Below, in pieces: positions 1-10,609 of a DNA stretch of 64,000 nt. Each line of letters starts with the position of its first letter. The stretch's first letter is position 1. The notes beneath the pieces were generated by a model. That model did not search any database, was not told where the DNA came from, and saw only the letters and a list, made by a program, of their open reading frames with translations. The stretch is from an uncultured Candidatus Rokubacteria bacterium (lineage in GTDB: Bacteria; Methylomirabilota; Methylomirabilia; Rokubacteriales; DASRDR01). The stretch lies in contig CAWDVE010000016.1 of the NCBI GenBank assembly GCA_963805625.1, positions 128,001 to 192,000 on the forward strand, in the 5' to 3' direction. The translations under genes were made by a program, and so were the position numbers.

Positions 1-395
1 CAGACCACCGCGGCGGCGACCGTGCTGGTGACCATCGGCGCGAAGTAGAGGGCCTTGAAGAGCTCGCGCAGCGGAAACCGCGTGTCGAAGACGACCGCGA
101 AGAGGAGACCGAGGGCCGCCGAGACCGGCACGATGACGAGCACGTAGACGAGGGTGTTCCAGGCCGCCCGGTGGAAGGTGGGATCGGCCAGGAGCTCCTG
201 GAAGTTCTCGAGCCCGATGAAGGTGAAGCGCCCCCGCAGGAGCTCCACCCGGTAGACGCTGTACAGGAGCGTCTGGAGCGAGGGGACGACCCGAAAGGCT
301 CCGAAGAGGAGGACGATCGGAGCGACGAACAGGTAGGCGTGCCACACGTGCCGGGCGTGGAGCCGGGCGATCAGCCGGCGAGTCGAGTGCACCAT
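1..395 (-). CDS. Carbohydrate ABC transporter permease (partial, runs off window start)
   Basis: Manual translation from ATG at 395: MVHSTRRLIARLHARHVWHAYLFVAPIVLLFGAFRVVPSLQTLLYSVYRV...FIGLENF, a typical MalF/UgpA-type N-terminus; lies downstream of the SBP gene. Confidence 0.85.
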   Translation of the reverse strand, partial: MVHSTRRLIARLHARHVWHAYLFVAPIVLLFGAFRVVPSLQTLLYSVYRVELLRGRFTFIGLENFQELLADPTFHRAAWNTLVYVLVIVPVSAALGLLFAVVFDTRFPLRELFKALYFAPMVTSTVAAAVV

Positions 396-444
396 GAGCT
401 GGGATCGAGAGAATCGGACCGGATCGTTCGCGAATCACCCGCGA

Positions 445-476
445 GGACCTGGAGCCGGCACGCCGGCTCCAGGTCC
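445..476. terminator. Perfect GC-rich stem-loop between SBP and permease genes (mRNA stabiliser or partial terminator)
   Basis: GGACCTGGAGCCGGC-AC-GCCGGCTCCAGGTCC, 15-bp inverted repeat; no U-tract. Confidence 0.6.
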
Positions 477-488
477 CGGGTGGAGGAT

Positions 489-1778
489 CTACTTGGCGGC
501 GTCGGCGATCGCCTTGTTGGCCGCCCGCTCGGCCTCGGCGAGGGCATCCTCCAGCTTGGCCTCGTGGTGCCAGGTCTTCTGGATGGCTCCGCCCATGGCG
601 TCCATCACGCCGTTGAGTCCGAGGTTCACCGGGAGCGGCTTGCCGTAGGGATAGATCTGCTTGAGCGCCTGATCGTAGGCGTTCGACTTGAACGGCTCCT
701 TGTCCCAGTTGGCCTTGTAGCGAGGGGTCGCCGCGTACTTTTTGCACATCTCGAAGTCCTGCTCGGGCGTGTTGATCCACTCGAGGAGCTGCCAGGCCGC
801 CTCGCGATTCTTCGCCATCTTCGGCACCGTGTAGAGCCAGCTGCCGAGCAACGTGATCGACTTGTCACCCGCCTTGCGGACCGGGGGTGTCGCCAGGCCC
901 CACTTGAGGTCGGGCGCTTCCTTCGGGGCCCGCTCGTGGATCGACACGGTCTCGCTGATCTGCATGGACGCGAGACCCTTGAGCAGCGCCGCGCGTGGAT
1001 CCGGGAAGTTCAGGCTGGTGGACTTGTCGACGTCCAGCATGTCGAGCACCAGCTTGAGGGCGGCCCGACCGCCGTCGTTGTTGAAGTTCACCTTGCCACC
1101 CCGCAGCGCGAGCGGATCGTCGACGAGAGACGCCCCGGCGCCGTAGATCGCCCAGAAGTGCTTGTGCACGACGCCGTGCGGGTGTCCGACGTGGCGGATC
1201 GCGTAGCCGACGCGCGTGATGTTGCCCTGCGCGTCGCGCTTGGTGAGCTTCTTCGCGTAGTCGCGGAACTCGTCCCAGGTTCGCGGCGGCTTCTCGGGAT
1301 CGAGACCGGCCTCCTTGAAGTGGTCCTTGTTCCAGGTCAGGCCGTAGATGTCGATCCCGTACTGCGGGTAGCCCCACATCTTGCCCTTGCCGTAGTCGGA
1401 CAGGGTACGGATCTCCGGCGAGACGGCGTCGAGCCACGCCTTGGCGCGGGCGTCGGGAACGGAGTCCAGCATCTCTTCCTTGAGGAAGCCCGGGACCCAG
1501 GAGCCGTCCACGAACAGGATGTCCCCGACGTTCTTGGCGGCGGCGGCCGCGAAGATCTTCTGCTGCATGGTGTCGTAGTCGAGGCCGACCGCCTCCACTT
1601 TCACGCCGGTCTTCGCCTCGAACGGAGCGAAGAAGCTCTTGTCGGTGAAGTGCGCGGCACCGGCCGTGATGTCTCCGGCCGGATACCAGAGCGTGACCGT
1701 CTTCGTTTGGCTCCACGCTCGCCGCGAAGCCAGGAGCGGGGCCGAGAGCGCCAGCTTGAGAATACTGCGCCTGTTCAC
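489..1778 (-). CDS. Sugar ABC transporter substrate-binding protein, Tat-like signal
   Basis: GTG start at 1778 with AGGAGG RBS; NRRSILK Tat-like motif; family 1 SBP motifs (WNKDHFKEAGLDPEKPPRTWDEF). Confidence 0.9.
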   Translation of the reverse strand: MNRRSILKLALSAPLLASRRAWSQTKTVTLWYPAGDITAGAAHFTDKSFFAPFEAKTGVKVEAVGLDYDTMQQKIFAAAAAKNVGDILFVDGSWVPGFLKEEMLDSVPDARAKAWLDAVSPEIRTLSDYGKGKMWGYPQYGIDIYGLTWNKDHFKEAGLDPEKPPRTWDEFRDYAKKLTKRDAQGNITRVGYAIRHVGHPHGVVHKHFWAIYGAGASLVDDPLALRGGKVNFNNDGGRAALKLVLDMLDVDKSTSLNFPDPRAALLKGLASMQISETVSIHERAPKEAPDLKWGLATPPVRKAGDKSITLLGSWLYTVPKMAKNREAAWQLLEWINTPEQDFEMCKKYAATPRYKANWDKEPFKSNAYDQALKQIYPYGKPLPVNLGLNGVMDAMGGAIQKTWHHEAKLEDALAEAERAANKAIADAAK

Positions 1779-2028
1779 GGGATACCTCCTCTTGGGCAAG
1801 TGGGAGAAGCCGGACAGATGCGGCCCGCGTATCCACCGCGAATCTTCCCGGGATGGTCCAGGAATGTCAAGTGGGACACCCGTCGAGTCCATCGGTGACA
1901 CCTCCGTTGCCCGAGGACCCCTCGCGGGCGCGGAGGCATGCGAGACTGGAGCCTCGCCGTGCTCCCCTCACGTTCGGGAAGAACGCGGTGAGGGCCCGGC
2001 GAATCGACGAACCTGAAGGAGAGCGAAG

Positions 2029-3117
2029 TTGACGAGCGTGAGAGTCGGCGTCGTTGGTGTCGGGGCCATGGGCCGCCAGTATGCCGACGCGATACGGTCC
2101 ATCGACGGACTGGAGCTTGCGGCCCTCTGCAACCGGACCCTCGCCAAGATCCAGGACCTGCCGGGGGAGAAGTTCTCGGACCACCGGGCCATGATCGCCT
2201 CGGGGCACGTGGATGCGGTTGTCATCGCCACGCCCCACTGGAGCCACCCCGCGGTGGCGATCGACGCCCTCAATCGCGGGCTGCACGTGCTGACCGACAA
2301 GCCCCTGGCCGTGCACGTGGCCGACGGCCACCGCATGCTCACCGCCCACAGGGACAAGACTCTCCGTTTCGGTGTCATCTTCAACGAGCGAACACGCCCC
2401 GTGAACGCCAGGATCCGATCCATGATCGAGGCGGGGGAGCTCGGGGAGATACGCCGGGTGATCTGGCTCGCCACCGGCCTCTTCCGCCCGCACGCCTACT
2501 ACGCGAGCGGCGGGTGGCGGGCGACCTGGGCCGGCGAGGGCGGGGGAGTTCTGATCAATCAGGCCTCCCACGACCTGGATCTTCTGCAATGGTTCGCCGG
2601 GCTCCCCGTTCGAGTCACCGCGAAACTAGCCTTCGGCAAGTACCATCCCATCGAGGTGGAGGACGACGTCAGCGCGCTGCTCGAGTATCCGGGTGGCGCC
2701 AGCGGGCTCTTCGCCGTGACGACCGGCGAGGCCCCGGGCACGAGCCGGGTGGAGATCGCCGGCGACAAGGGGAAGTTGGAGCTGGACACCGAGAGCGGCA
2801 AGCTCAGGTTCTTCCGAAACGAGGTACCGGCCTCGGAGTTCAGCCGGACCACGGAGGAGCGCTTCGCCCGGCCGTCATGCCGGGAGATCGATGTGTCCGT
2901 GGCGGACGACGGCAAAGAGAGCCACATCGTCATTCTCGAGAATTTCCGGGACGCCATCCTCGAGGGTACGCCGATCTTGGCCCCCGCGGCGGAGGCGATC
3001 CGGTCGTTGGAGATCGGCAACGCGATGCTCCTGTCCGGTCTCCTGGGGAGGACCGTCGAGCTGCCGATCGATGCCGAATTGATGGAGAGGGAGATCAAGC
3101 GGCTTGCGTCCAGGTAG
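2029..3117 (+). CDS. Gfo/Idh/MocA family oxidoreductase
   Basis: GVVGVGAMG Rossmann motif, IATPHWSH, LTDKPLA, GGGVLINQASHDLD. Confidence 0.92.
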   Translation: MTSVRVGVVGVGAMGRQYADAIRSIDGLELAALCNRTLAKIQDLPGEKFSDHRAMIASGHVDAVVIATPHWSHPAVAIDALNRGLHVLTDKPLAVHVADGHRMLTAHRDKTLRFGVIFNERTRPVNARIRSMIEAGELGEIRRVIWLATGLFRPHAYYASGGWRATWAGEGGGVLINQASHDLDLLQWFAGLPVRVTAKLAFGKYHPIEVEDDVSALLEYPGGASGLFAVTTGEAPGTSRVEIAGDKGKLELDTESGKLRFFRNEVPASEFSRTTEERFARPSCREIDVSVADDGKESHIVILENFRDAILEGTPILAPAAEAIRSLEIGNAMLLSGLLGRTVELPIDAELMEREIKRLASR

Positions 3118-3177
3118 CGAGCCCGAGCGCATCACCGGCCGCCTGATCCAGTTCCGCACCCGGATCGCTGGCCCGGG

Positions 3178-3965
3178 CTATCGCCTTGCCAGGCCCGCGA
3201 TTTCCGACTCTCCCAGCGCCCGATTGTAGAGGCGCAGATCGCTCATGAGCCCATCGAAGTAGTCGTTGACGCCGAGGCCGATCGTGAGCGGGCGGTCGTT
3301 GTTCAGGTTGTATTCGCGCGCGTGGAAGGAGGTCGACACGGCGACGGGCGCGCCGTCCACGTAGAGCCTGAGCACACCCCCGTCGCGCACGGCGACGACA
3401 TGGCGCCATCCGGCGGGGAAGACACGATCCCACGTCGCCATCTTTCCGGCTTCCATGGCATAGACGCGCCCGGAGGGGAGCGTGCCGGCGAAGAGCTTGC
3501 CCTGGAAGACGGCCATCGACCAGACTCGCCGCAGCGGCGCGGACGCGGTATCCAGAGTGCCCATGAAGGTGAACTGCTCGTCGTCCATCCGCCACACGTT
3601 GGCCATCGGCAAGGAGCCGACGTAAGCCTTGCCGTTGTAGAGGGCCATGCCCATGATCTCGCGCTCGTAGCCGACCCGTCCCAGCAAGGTCCACGTCTCG
3701 CCGCCGTCGTAGCGGTGGACCTCTCCCTCGGGCCACGTGCCGACGTAGAGCCGACCCTGGCTGGTCACCGCTCCGTAGGTCTGCGTCGACCCCGCGGGGC
3801 AGCCGGCGTAGACCCATTCCGATCCGCTCCCATCCCTGGCCTTGGACCGGATTCGCCCAGCTGAACACCATGGTTGCGAACTCTCAGACGGGCTCCCACG
3901 GGCTCGTGTGAGTCGGCGGTGAAGGGCCAGTGGGCGATGAGGCCGCTATCGGATCGTTCGCTCAA
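3178..3965 (-). pseudogene. LamG-like/beta-propeller protein, internally deleted and frame-broken
   Basis: N-terminal LIAHWPF segment joined out of frame near 3825 to propeller repeats (LYVGTWPEGEV, AYVGSLPMANV, LFAGTLPSGRV) and a LamG C-terminus (WRHVVAVRDGGVLRLYVDG...FDGLMSDLRLYNRAL). Confidence 0.7.
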
Positions 3966-4146
3966 GGTCGCGTCTCCTACGGGAAGTTGGTCCGGGCCCG
4001 CAGCCCGGCAGCAGCCGGATGGCGATGTGTGGGCCGTCCGCGATGAAGGTGGTCTGGGTGATGTGCGGGCCAGGAGGAACGGCTCTACGGATCTTGTCGC
4101 TGGACGTGGGTTGGCGTCGAGGGCAGGCGAGGCACCGCTCGGCCCG

Positions 4147-5295
4147 TCAGGGGCATGTACTCGTCCCGGAGTACTCGTAGGCCGCCCGGCCGGTCAGGGA
4201 GACCAGCACCTCCAGCGGGGACCGGCCTTGACGCGCCGCGACCTCGGCGAGGGACGGCCCCGCCGCGGGCTCGCTTGCAAGAAGACAGACCGGTGCTCCC
4301 GCCCGCGCGCTCTCGACCTCGCTCACGTCCACGACGGCGTGCTCCAGGGAGACCGAGAGCACCGGAGCGTCCCGGCCCTCCACGCGAACTCTCTGGCCCG
4401 CCTTCGGGACGAGGATGGAGTTCGAGTAGCCGATGGGCAGTGTGCCGAGCCGCGTCGGGCGGGTGGTCTCGTGGCCGCCGCTCGACCCGAAGCGCGCGCC
4501 GGGCGCGACGTCGCGCAGCGGGCCGAGCGTCGTCCGGACCTCCGTGAGCACGGGGTGCGTGCCGACGGGGGTCGGGAGCCACGCCGGCTCGATTCCGAAG
4601 AGGAGTTGCCCCGGGCAGACGGCGTTCGTCTCGGGCGCCTCCAGGCCGCACGCGATGCCCGCGCTCGCGAGCGCCTGCACCAGAAGCGGCCCCGCCGTGG
4701 CGGCGCGGATCTCGGCCACGACGCGCCCGAACTCCGCGAGCCGCTCTTCCACCCAGGCCGCCCCCTCGCGTCCGCCGAAGGGAAGGTGCGTGAAGACGCC
4801 CGCCAGCCTGATGCCCGGGAGCGCCGAACGGATGCGAGCCGCCAGGTGGGCGGCGTCCGCGAGTGGAACGCCGACACGCCCGAGCCCGCTGTCGACCTTC
4901 AGGAAGATCGACGGCGGGCGCGCGCCGGCCGCCCTGGCCAGCACCGTCGCCTCGGCGAAGGACTGGACGCCGACGGTGATGCCGGCCTCGAGCAGGGGGG
5001 CGGGATCGCCGCCCTCCCCGGTCGGGAAGAGCAGGATGTCGCAGGTGACGCCCCAGCAGCGGAGCGCGAGCGCCTCCGCGGGGCTCCCGAGCGACAGCCA
5101 GCGGACCCCCTCCCCCTCGAGACAGCCGGCCACCGCCCGGAGGCCGTGGCCGTACGCGTTCGCCTTGACGCACGCGATCAGCTCGGTGCCCGCCGGGAGC
5201 CTGCGCCGGACCAGGGCCAGGTTCTGTCGAAGCGTCGCGAGCGAGACGACGGCGCGCAGATGGGCGGCGGGGGCCAGCGTCTCGAGCGCGATCAC
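4147..5295 (-). CDS. Alanine racemase-family PLP enzyme with divergent active site
   Basis: CVKANAYGHG PLP-lysine motif, KVDSGLGRVG, GVFTHL, LPIGY; likely GTG start at 5295. Confidence 0.85.
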   Translation of the reverse strand: MIALETLAPAAHLRAVVSLATLRQNLALVRRRLPAGTELIACVKANAYGHGLRAVAGCLEGEGVRWLSLGSPAEALALRCWGVTCDILLFPTGEGGDPAPLLEAGITVGVQSFAEATVLARAAGARPPSIFLKVDSGLGRVGVPLADAAHLAARIRSALPGIRLAGVFTHLPFGGREGAAWVEERLAEFGRVVAEIRAATAGPLLVQALASAGIACGLEAPETNAVCPGQLLFGIEPAWLPTPVGTHPVLTEVRTTLGPLRDVAPGARFGSSGGHETTRPTRLGTLPIGYSNSILVPKAGQRVRVEGRDAPVLSVSLEHAVVDVSEVESARAGAPVCLLASEPAAGPSLAEVAARQGRSPLEVLVSLTGRAAYEYSGTSTCP

Positions 5296-5356
5296 TGTCT
5301 TCGGTCTCGTCGCCGATCGCTCGGCTGGTCCCGGCTCGGTTCCGCCGCCCCGACCG

Positions 5357-6154
5357 TCAGGTCGTGACGCCCGCGCGAGGGGACAGGAGGCAGTCGTCGG
5401 GAAGCGGCACGACGGGCGTGAAGTCCCGGTGGTGCTTGTAATCGGGGCGCGCGAAACGCGTCTGGGCGTTGGCGATCGGGTTGAGGATGAGCGAGAAGAT
5501 CGACCGATCCCAGGGCGACATGTTGGGTGGCGAGCCATGCACGAGGCAGTCACCGAAGATGAGCGCCGTTCCCGCCAGCCCCGTGGCCGTGACGAGCCCA
5601 CCCGCTCCCGCCAGCCGGGTCACGGTCTCGTTGTCCACGGTCCACAGCGCGTAGCTCGTGGTCTCGGTGTCGAGCGCGGTGCGGACGGGACCCTGCCGGT
5701 GCGAGCCGCGAATGAAGACCAGGGGCCCGTTGTGCTCGGACACGTCGTCCAGGAAGACGTGGAGATTCAGCGCGAGCGGCTCGGGCACGCCGTCCTCCGC
5801 GTGGTGCGTGGCGAAGTCGTAGTGCCACTGCCAGGCCTCCCCGGAGAATGCCACCTTGGCGTTGATCTTCGCCTGCTGGATGTAGAGCCGGTCGGTGTCG
5901 AGAATCTGCCGCGCCGGGTCGACGAACCGCGGATGCCGGCAGAGCCGGGCGAAGACTTCGTTCCGGAGGTGGAGGCCCATGACGGTCCGGACCTCGCCAC
6001 TCGCCTTCTCGCGAATGTTGGCCGGGGAATCCTCCGCGAACAGACGTGGGAGCTCCGCGCGCAGGACGTCGACCTCGGCCCTCGAGAAGAGCCCCGGCAG
6101 GACCAGGAAGCCCTGCGCGTGGAAGTGCGCCAGTTGAGCCGTCGTGAGCCGCAC
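5357..6154 (-). CDS. Phytanoyl-CoA dioxygenase family Fe(II)/2OG hydroxylase (EctD/proline hydroxylase-like)
   Basis: WQWHYDFATHHAEDGVP resembles the EctD signature; HxD...H triad (LVHGS); NGPLVFIRGSH. Confidence 0.88.
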   Translation of the reverse strand: MRLTTAQLAHFHAQGFLVLPGLFSRAEVDVLRAELPRLFAEDSPANIREKASGEVRTVMGLHLRNEVFARLCRHPRFVDPARQILDTDRLYIQQAKINAKVAFSGEAWQWHYDFATHHAEDGVPEPLALNLHVFLDDVSEHNGPLVFIRGSHRQGPVRTALDTETTSYALWTVDNETVTRLAGAGGLVTATGLAGTALIFGDCLVHGSPPNMSPWDRSIFSLILNPIANAQTRFARPDYKHHRDFTPVVPLPDDCLLSPRAGVTT

Positions 6155-6160
6155 GAGTCG

Positions 6161-6191
6161 AGGATAGTCGAGGCAGCGCCCGGGCTGTCAA
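6161..6191 (-). promoter_or_regulatory. sigma70-type promoter, leaderless for the dioxygenase gene
   Basis: TTGACA (6191-6186), 19-nt spacer, TATCCT (6166-6161); predicted TSS coincides with GTG at 6154. Confidence 0.55.
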
Positions 6192-6225
6192 GGTGACCGT
6201 CCTTGTCGGGTCCCGGGCTCGGGGA

Positions 6226-7035
6226 CTAACCCCCCGCGCTACGGAGCTGACGGGAGGGCTCGGAGTGGCCGGTCTGCGACGTGTGGCGGCCTGTGGGCTC
6301 GCGGACCAGGTCCGCGTGGCCGGCGGTCGTGTCGCCCGGCGGGATTCCTCGGGCCACCCGGAAGCCGTAGTCCGAGTAGCGAAGGTGGGGCGGCAGGCTC
6401 GAGCGGTGGGCCACCGGGCTCCACGGCTCCTGATGGCGCCAGGCGCCGCCGCGCGACACGCGGCGAGAGCCCTCCGGCGGACCCATCGGGGCGCGGACCG
6501 GCTCCGGGCCGTAGGCATCGGCGGCGTACCAATCCCGGCACCATTCGTGGACGACACCGGCGAGATCCGTCAGCCCGAAGCCGTTGGCCGGCCCCTGTCC
6601 GACGTGCGGCGGCGCGGGCAGGGGTCCCGGCCGATTCCCGAACCAGCGGGCGGGCGGCTCGTCGCCCCACGGGTAGCGGGCGCTCTCCCGGCCGCCCCGC
6701 GCGGCGCGCTCCCACTCCGCCTCGGTTGGCAGGCGGTGGGAGTGGCCACTCTCGCGTGTCAGCCACTCGCAGAAGAGAACGGCCTCGGCCCAGGTCACGC
6801 CCACGACCGGCTGCTCGGGATCCGAGAGCCGCGGATCGGCCCAGAAGGGCGGGGGCGGTGCACCGCTGGCCTGGAGGAATGTGCCGAACTCGGCATTGGT
6901 GACCGGCGTGCGACCCAGCCTGAAGCCGTCGACCCAGACGGGATGCGCGGGCCGGGCGTCGGGTAGGCCGGCGTCCCAGCCCATCTGGAACCACCCTGAC
7001 GGGATTTCCAGGAACTCCACGGGTTCGCCGGCCAT
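6226..7035 (-). CDS. SUMF1/EgtB/PvdO (FGE-sulfatase domain) protein lacking the FGE catalytic cysteines
   Basis: PVTNAEF, PVVGVTW, RLPTEAEWERAARGG, NGFGLTDLAGVVHEWC, RGGAW...GFR; start may be GTG at 7020. Confidence 0.88.
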   Translation of the reverse strand: MAGEPVEFLEIPSGWFQMGWDAGLPDARPAHPVWVDGFRLGRTPVTNAEFGTFLQASGAPPPPFWADPRLSDPEQPVVGVTWAEAVLFCEWLTRESGHSHRLPTEAEWERAARGGRESARYPWGDEPPARWFGNRPGPLPAPPHVGQGPANGFGLTDLAGVVHEWCRDWYAADAYGPEPVRAPMGPPEGSRRVSRGGAWRHQEPWSPVAHRSSLPPHLRYSDYGFRVARGIPPGDTTAGHADLVREPTGRHTSQTGHSEPSRQLRSAGG

Positions 7036-7069
7036 TCTACGTGGGCAAGCTGCCTGCTAACATGAGCGC

Positions 7070-8584
7070 GTGCGCGTCGAGCCGCCGCCGGCCGATCCGA
7101 TTCTGGTTGCGCTGGACGTGGGCTCGTCCTCCGTGCGGGCGCTCGCCTTCGACCGGCTCGGGCGGGGACTCGACCTCGGGGGCCAGCAGCCGTACGAGCC
7201 GACGACGACGCCCGACGGCGGCGTCGAGATCGACGCCGACCGGCTGTTCGCGCTGACCGCCGAGGCGCTCGACACTCTCATGGCCATCCTCGGCCTGCGT
7301 ACCGGCGGCGTGGCGGCGGTCGCTCTGAGCACCTTCTGGCACACAGTGCTCGGTCTCGGACCGGACGATCGCCCATCGACCCCAGTCTATTCCTGGGCGG
7401 ACACGCGGAGCGTCGGCGCGGTGGGGGCGCTCCGCGCGCGGGTCGACGAGAAGGCGTATCACGCGCGGGTCGGATGCCGGCTTCACACGTCCTATCTCCC
7501 GGCGCGGCTCTGGTGGCTCCGCGAGCGCGACCCTGCCGCGTTTCGCGGGGTGCGACGCTGGGTCTCGTTCGGGGAGTACGTGGGGCTTCGTCTCTTCGGC
7601 GAGCTCCGCACGAGCGTCTCGATGGCGTCAGGGACCGGCCTCTTCGACCAGTGGGCGCAGCGCTGGGACCCTGGGATCCTCGAGCTCCTCGGGCTCGGCG
7701 TCGAGCACCTCGGCCCCATCGTCGACCTCGGCCAGCCCTTCCGCGGGCTCCGGCCCGAGTTCGCGGGGCGCTGGCCCGCGCTGGCGCGCGTTCCATGGCT
7801 GCCGGCGCTGGGCGACGGGGCGTGCTCCAACGTCGGCGCCGGCTGCACGACGGCAGAGCGGGCGGCGCTCATGGTCGGGACGTCCGGCGCGATGCGGGTC
7901 TGCTTTTCCGCCGACGCGGTAGCCATCCCGGACGGTCTCTGGTGCTACCGCGTGGACGGCCGCCGCCTCCTCCTGGGCGGCTCCCTGTCGAATGGCGGGA
8001 GCCTCTACGCGTGGCTCACCGAGACCCTCGACCTGCCCCCGCTCGAGCGCGTGGAGGAGACGCTCCAGGCGATGGAGCCCGATGCCCACGGCCTAACGAT
8101 GCTCCCGTTCCTGGCCGGGGAGCGGAGCCTCGGCTGGGTCGCCGGCGCGCGGGCCGCCGTCGTGGGTCTCTCGCTGGCGACGCGGCCCGTCGACATCGTG
8201 CGCGCAGCGCTCGAGACCGTGGCGTACCGCTTCGCGATGATCCACGAGCGGCTGCGCGACGCCTGTCCCGGGCTCCGGACGGTGGTCGGCACCGGCGCCG
8301 CGCTCCTGGCCTCGCCCGCGTGGATCCGGATCATGGCCGACGCCCTCGGGGTGGCGGTCACGCCGTCGGCGGAGCCCGAGGGATCGAGCCGTGGCGCGGT
8401 CCTTCTCGCGAGTGAGGCGCTCGGGCTGATTCCCTCCCTCGAATCGGCCCCGGCCGGCACGCGGCCGGTGATCCCGACCGATCCCGCGCGGCGGGCCCGG
8501 TACCGGGTCGGCCTGGCCCGGCACCGGCAGCTCTACGACCTTCTGGTGCCGCACACGACCGCGGAGAGGAGAGCGGTTTCATGA
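7070..8584 (+). CDS. gntK: Gluconokinase, FGGY family carbohydrate kinase
   Basis: [49 protein letters not shown]. Confidence 0.85.
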   Translation: MRVEPPPADPILVALDVGSSSVRALAFDRLGRGLDLGGQQPYEPTTTPDGGVEIDADRLFALTAEALDTLMAILGLRTGGVAAVALSTFWHTVLGLGPDDRPSTPVYSWADTRSVGAVGALRARVDEKAYHARVGCRLHTSYLPARLWWLRERDPAAFRGVRRWVSFGEYVGLRLFGELRTSVSMASGTGLFDQWAQRWDPGILELLGLGVEHLGPIVDLGQPFRGLRPEFAGRWPALARVPWLPALGDGACSNVGAGCTTAERAALMVGTSGAMRVCFSADAVAIPDGLWCYRVDGRRLLLGGSLSNGGSLYAWLTETLDLPPLERVEETLQAMEPDAHGLTMLPFLAGERSLGWVAGARAAVVGLSLATRPVDIVRAALETVAYRFAMIHERLRDACPGLRTVVGTGAALLASPAWIRIMADALGVAVTPSAEPEGSSRGAVLLASEALGLIPSLESAPAGTRPVIPTDPARRARYRVGLARHRQLYDLLVPHTTAERRAVS

Positions 8585-10587
8585 CGGATCGGGATCTCGA
8601 CCAGCTCTGCATCAACACGATCCGGTTCCTGGCGGCCGACGCCGTCCAGCAGGCGAAGTCCGGCCATCCCGGCCTGCCGATGGGCGCGGCGGCGATGGCG
8701 TACGTTCTGTGGACGCGCTTCCTGCGCCATCACCCGGCCGATCCGGCGTGGCCCGATCGCGACCGCTTCGTCCTGTCCGCCGGCCACGGCTCGATGCTGC
8801 TCTACGCGCTGCTCCATCTCACGGGCTATGCCCTCCCGCTCGAGGAGATCAAGCGGTTCCGCCAGTGGGGATCGAAGACGCCGGGGCACCCGGAGTTCGG
8901 GGTCACCCCAGGGGTCGAGGCCACGACGGGCCCGCTCGGCCAGGGGCTCGCGAACGCCGTCGGCATGGTCATCGCCGAGCGCCACCTCGCCGCCCGGTTC
9001 AACCGGCCGGGTCACACCGTCGTCGACCACCACACGTATGTCCTCTGCTCGGACGGCGACCTCATGGAGGGCGTCGCTGCGGAGGCGGCGTCCCTCGCGG
9101 GGCACCTCGGGCTCGGCAAGCTGATCGCCCTCTACGACGACAACCAGGTGTCGCTCGCGGGGAAAGCGGCGCTGTCGTTCTCGGAGGACGTGCCTCGGCG
9201 GTTCGAGGGGCTCGGATGGGACACGCAGACCGTCCACGACGGCAACGATCTCGACGCGATCGACAAGGCCATCCGGGCCGCGCGGGCGGAGACGGCACGC
9301 CCGTCTCTCGTCGCCGTGCGGACGGTGATCGGCTTCGGGGCGCCGAAGAAGGCCGGAACCCACGAGGCCCACGGCGAGCCGCTGGGCGACGCGGAGCTCC
9401 GGGGCGCGAAGCAGGCCCTCGGCTGGCCGCTCGAGCCGTCATTCCTCCTTCCAGAGCCCGCGGTCCAACGCTTCCGCGAGGCCCTCGCCAGCGGGGCGCG
9501 CGCGGAGGCCGACTGGCGCGCGCGCCTTGATGCCTGGCGCAAGGCCTTTCCGGATCTCGCGGCCCAGTGGGCCCACGCCCAGGCGCGGGCGCTCACGCCG
9601 GGATGGGACCAGGATCTCCCGCGATTCCCGGCGGACGCGCCGGTGGCGACCCGCGACGCGAGCGGCGCCGTGCTCGCCGCCGTGTCGCCCCGCCTGCCCC
9701 ATCTGGTGGGCGGTGACGCCGACCTCGCCCCGTCGACCAAGACGCTCGTCAAGACGGCGGGGTCGTTCCTCCGCGGCACGCCCGAGGGGCGGCACCTCCA
9801 CTTCGGCGTCCGCGAGCACGCGATGGGGTCCATCGCCAACGGCATCACCTACCACGGCGGGCTGCTCGTGTTCTGCAGCACGTTCTTCGTCTTCTCCGAC
9901 TACATGCGCCCGGCGGTGCGGCTGGCCGCGCTCTCCGAGCTTCCCGTCGTGTATGTCTGGACGCACGACTCGATCGGGGTCGGGGAGGACGGGCCGACCC
10001 ACGAGCCCGTCGAGCACCTAGCGGCGCTCCGCGCGATGCCGAACCTGGTCGTCGTCCGTCCCGGCGACGCCGCCGAGACCGTGGTGGCCTGGCAGGTCGC
10101 GCTCGCGCGCCGCCACGGCCCGACCGCGCTCGTCCTCACGCGCCAGAAGGTGCCCGTGCTCGATCGGACGGTCTACGCGTCGGCCGAGGGTCTCCGGCGC
10201 GGCGCCTACGTTCTCGCGGAGGCGCCCGGCGGCACGCCCGACCTCGTCCTGATCGGGACGGGCTCGGAAGTCCAGCTCGTAGTCGCCGCGCAGGTCGCCC
10301 TCGCGAAGGACGGCATTCGCGCGCGAGTCGTCAGCATGCCCTCGTGGGAGCTGTTCGCTGCCGAGTCACTGGACTACCGCGAATCGGTGCTGCCCCGGGC
10401 CGTGCCGCGGCGGCTCGCGGTGGAAGCGGGCGCGACCTTCGGGTGGGACCGCTGGGTCGGGACCGCCGGAGCCGTCGTGGGGGTCGACCGCTTCGGCGCA
10501 TCGGCGCCGGGAGAGGTCGTCATGAAGGAGCTCGGGTTCACCGTGGAGCACGTCGTGACCCGGGCTCGCGCGCTCGTGGGCCGCTGA
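8581..10587 (+). CDS. tkt: Transketolase
   Basis: [60 protein letters not shown]. Confidence 0.98.
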   Translation: MTDRDLDQLCINTIRFLAADAVQQAKSGHPGLPMGAAAMAYVLWTRFLRHHPADPAWPDRDRFVLSAGHGSMLLYALLHLTGYALPLEEIKRFRQWGSKTPGHPEFGVTPGVEATTGPLGQGLANAVGMVIAERHLAARFNRPGHTVVDHHTYVLCSDGDLMEGVAAEAASLAGHLGLGKLIALYDDNQVSLAGKAALSFSEDVPRRFEGLGWDTQTVHDGNDLDAIDKAIRAARAETARPSLVAVRTVIGFGAPKKAGTHEAHGEPLGDAELRGAKQALGWPLEPSFLLPEPAVQRFREALASGARAEADWRARLDAWRKAFPDLAAQWAHAQARALTPGWDQDLPRFPADAPVATRDASGAVLAAVSPRLPHLVGGDADLAPSTKTLVKTAGSFLRGTPEGRHLHFGVREHAMGSIANGITYHGGLLVFCSTFFVFSDYMRPAVRLAALSELPVVYVWTHDSIGVGEDGPTHEPVEHLAALRAMPNLVVVRPGDAAETVVAWQVALARRHGPTALVLTRQKVPVLDRTVYASAEGLRRGAYVLAEAPGGTPDLVLIGTGSEVQLVVAAQVALAKDGIRARVVSMPSWELFAAESLDYRESVLPRAVPRRLAVEAGATFGWDRWVGTAGAVVGVDRFGASAPGEVVMKELGFTVEHVVTRARALVGR

Positions 10588-10609
10588 TCCGGTTCGCGCC
10601 GCGATCAGC

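Noticed and set aside
3966-4146. Possible ncRNA or gene remnant in the intergenic gap
   Set aside because: No recognisable structure or protein motif could be supported.
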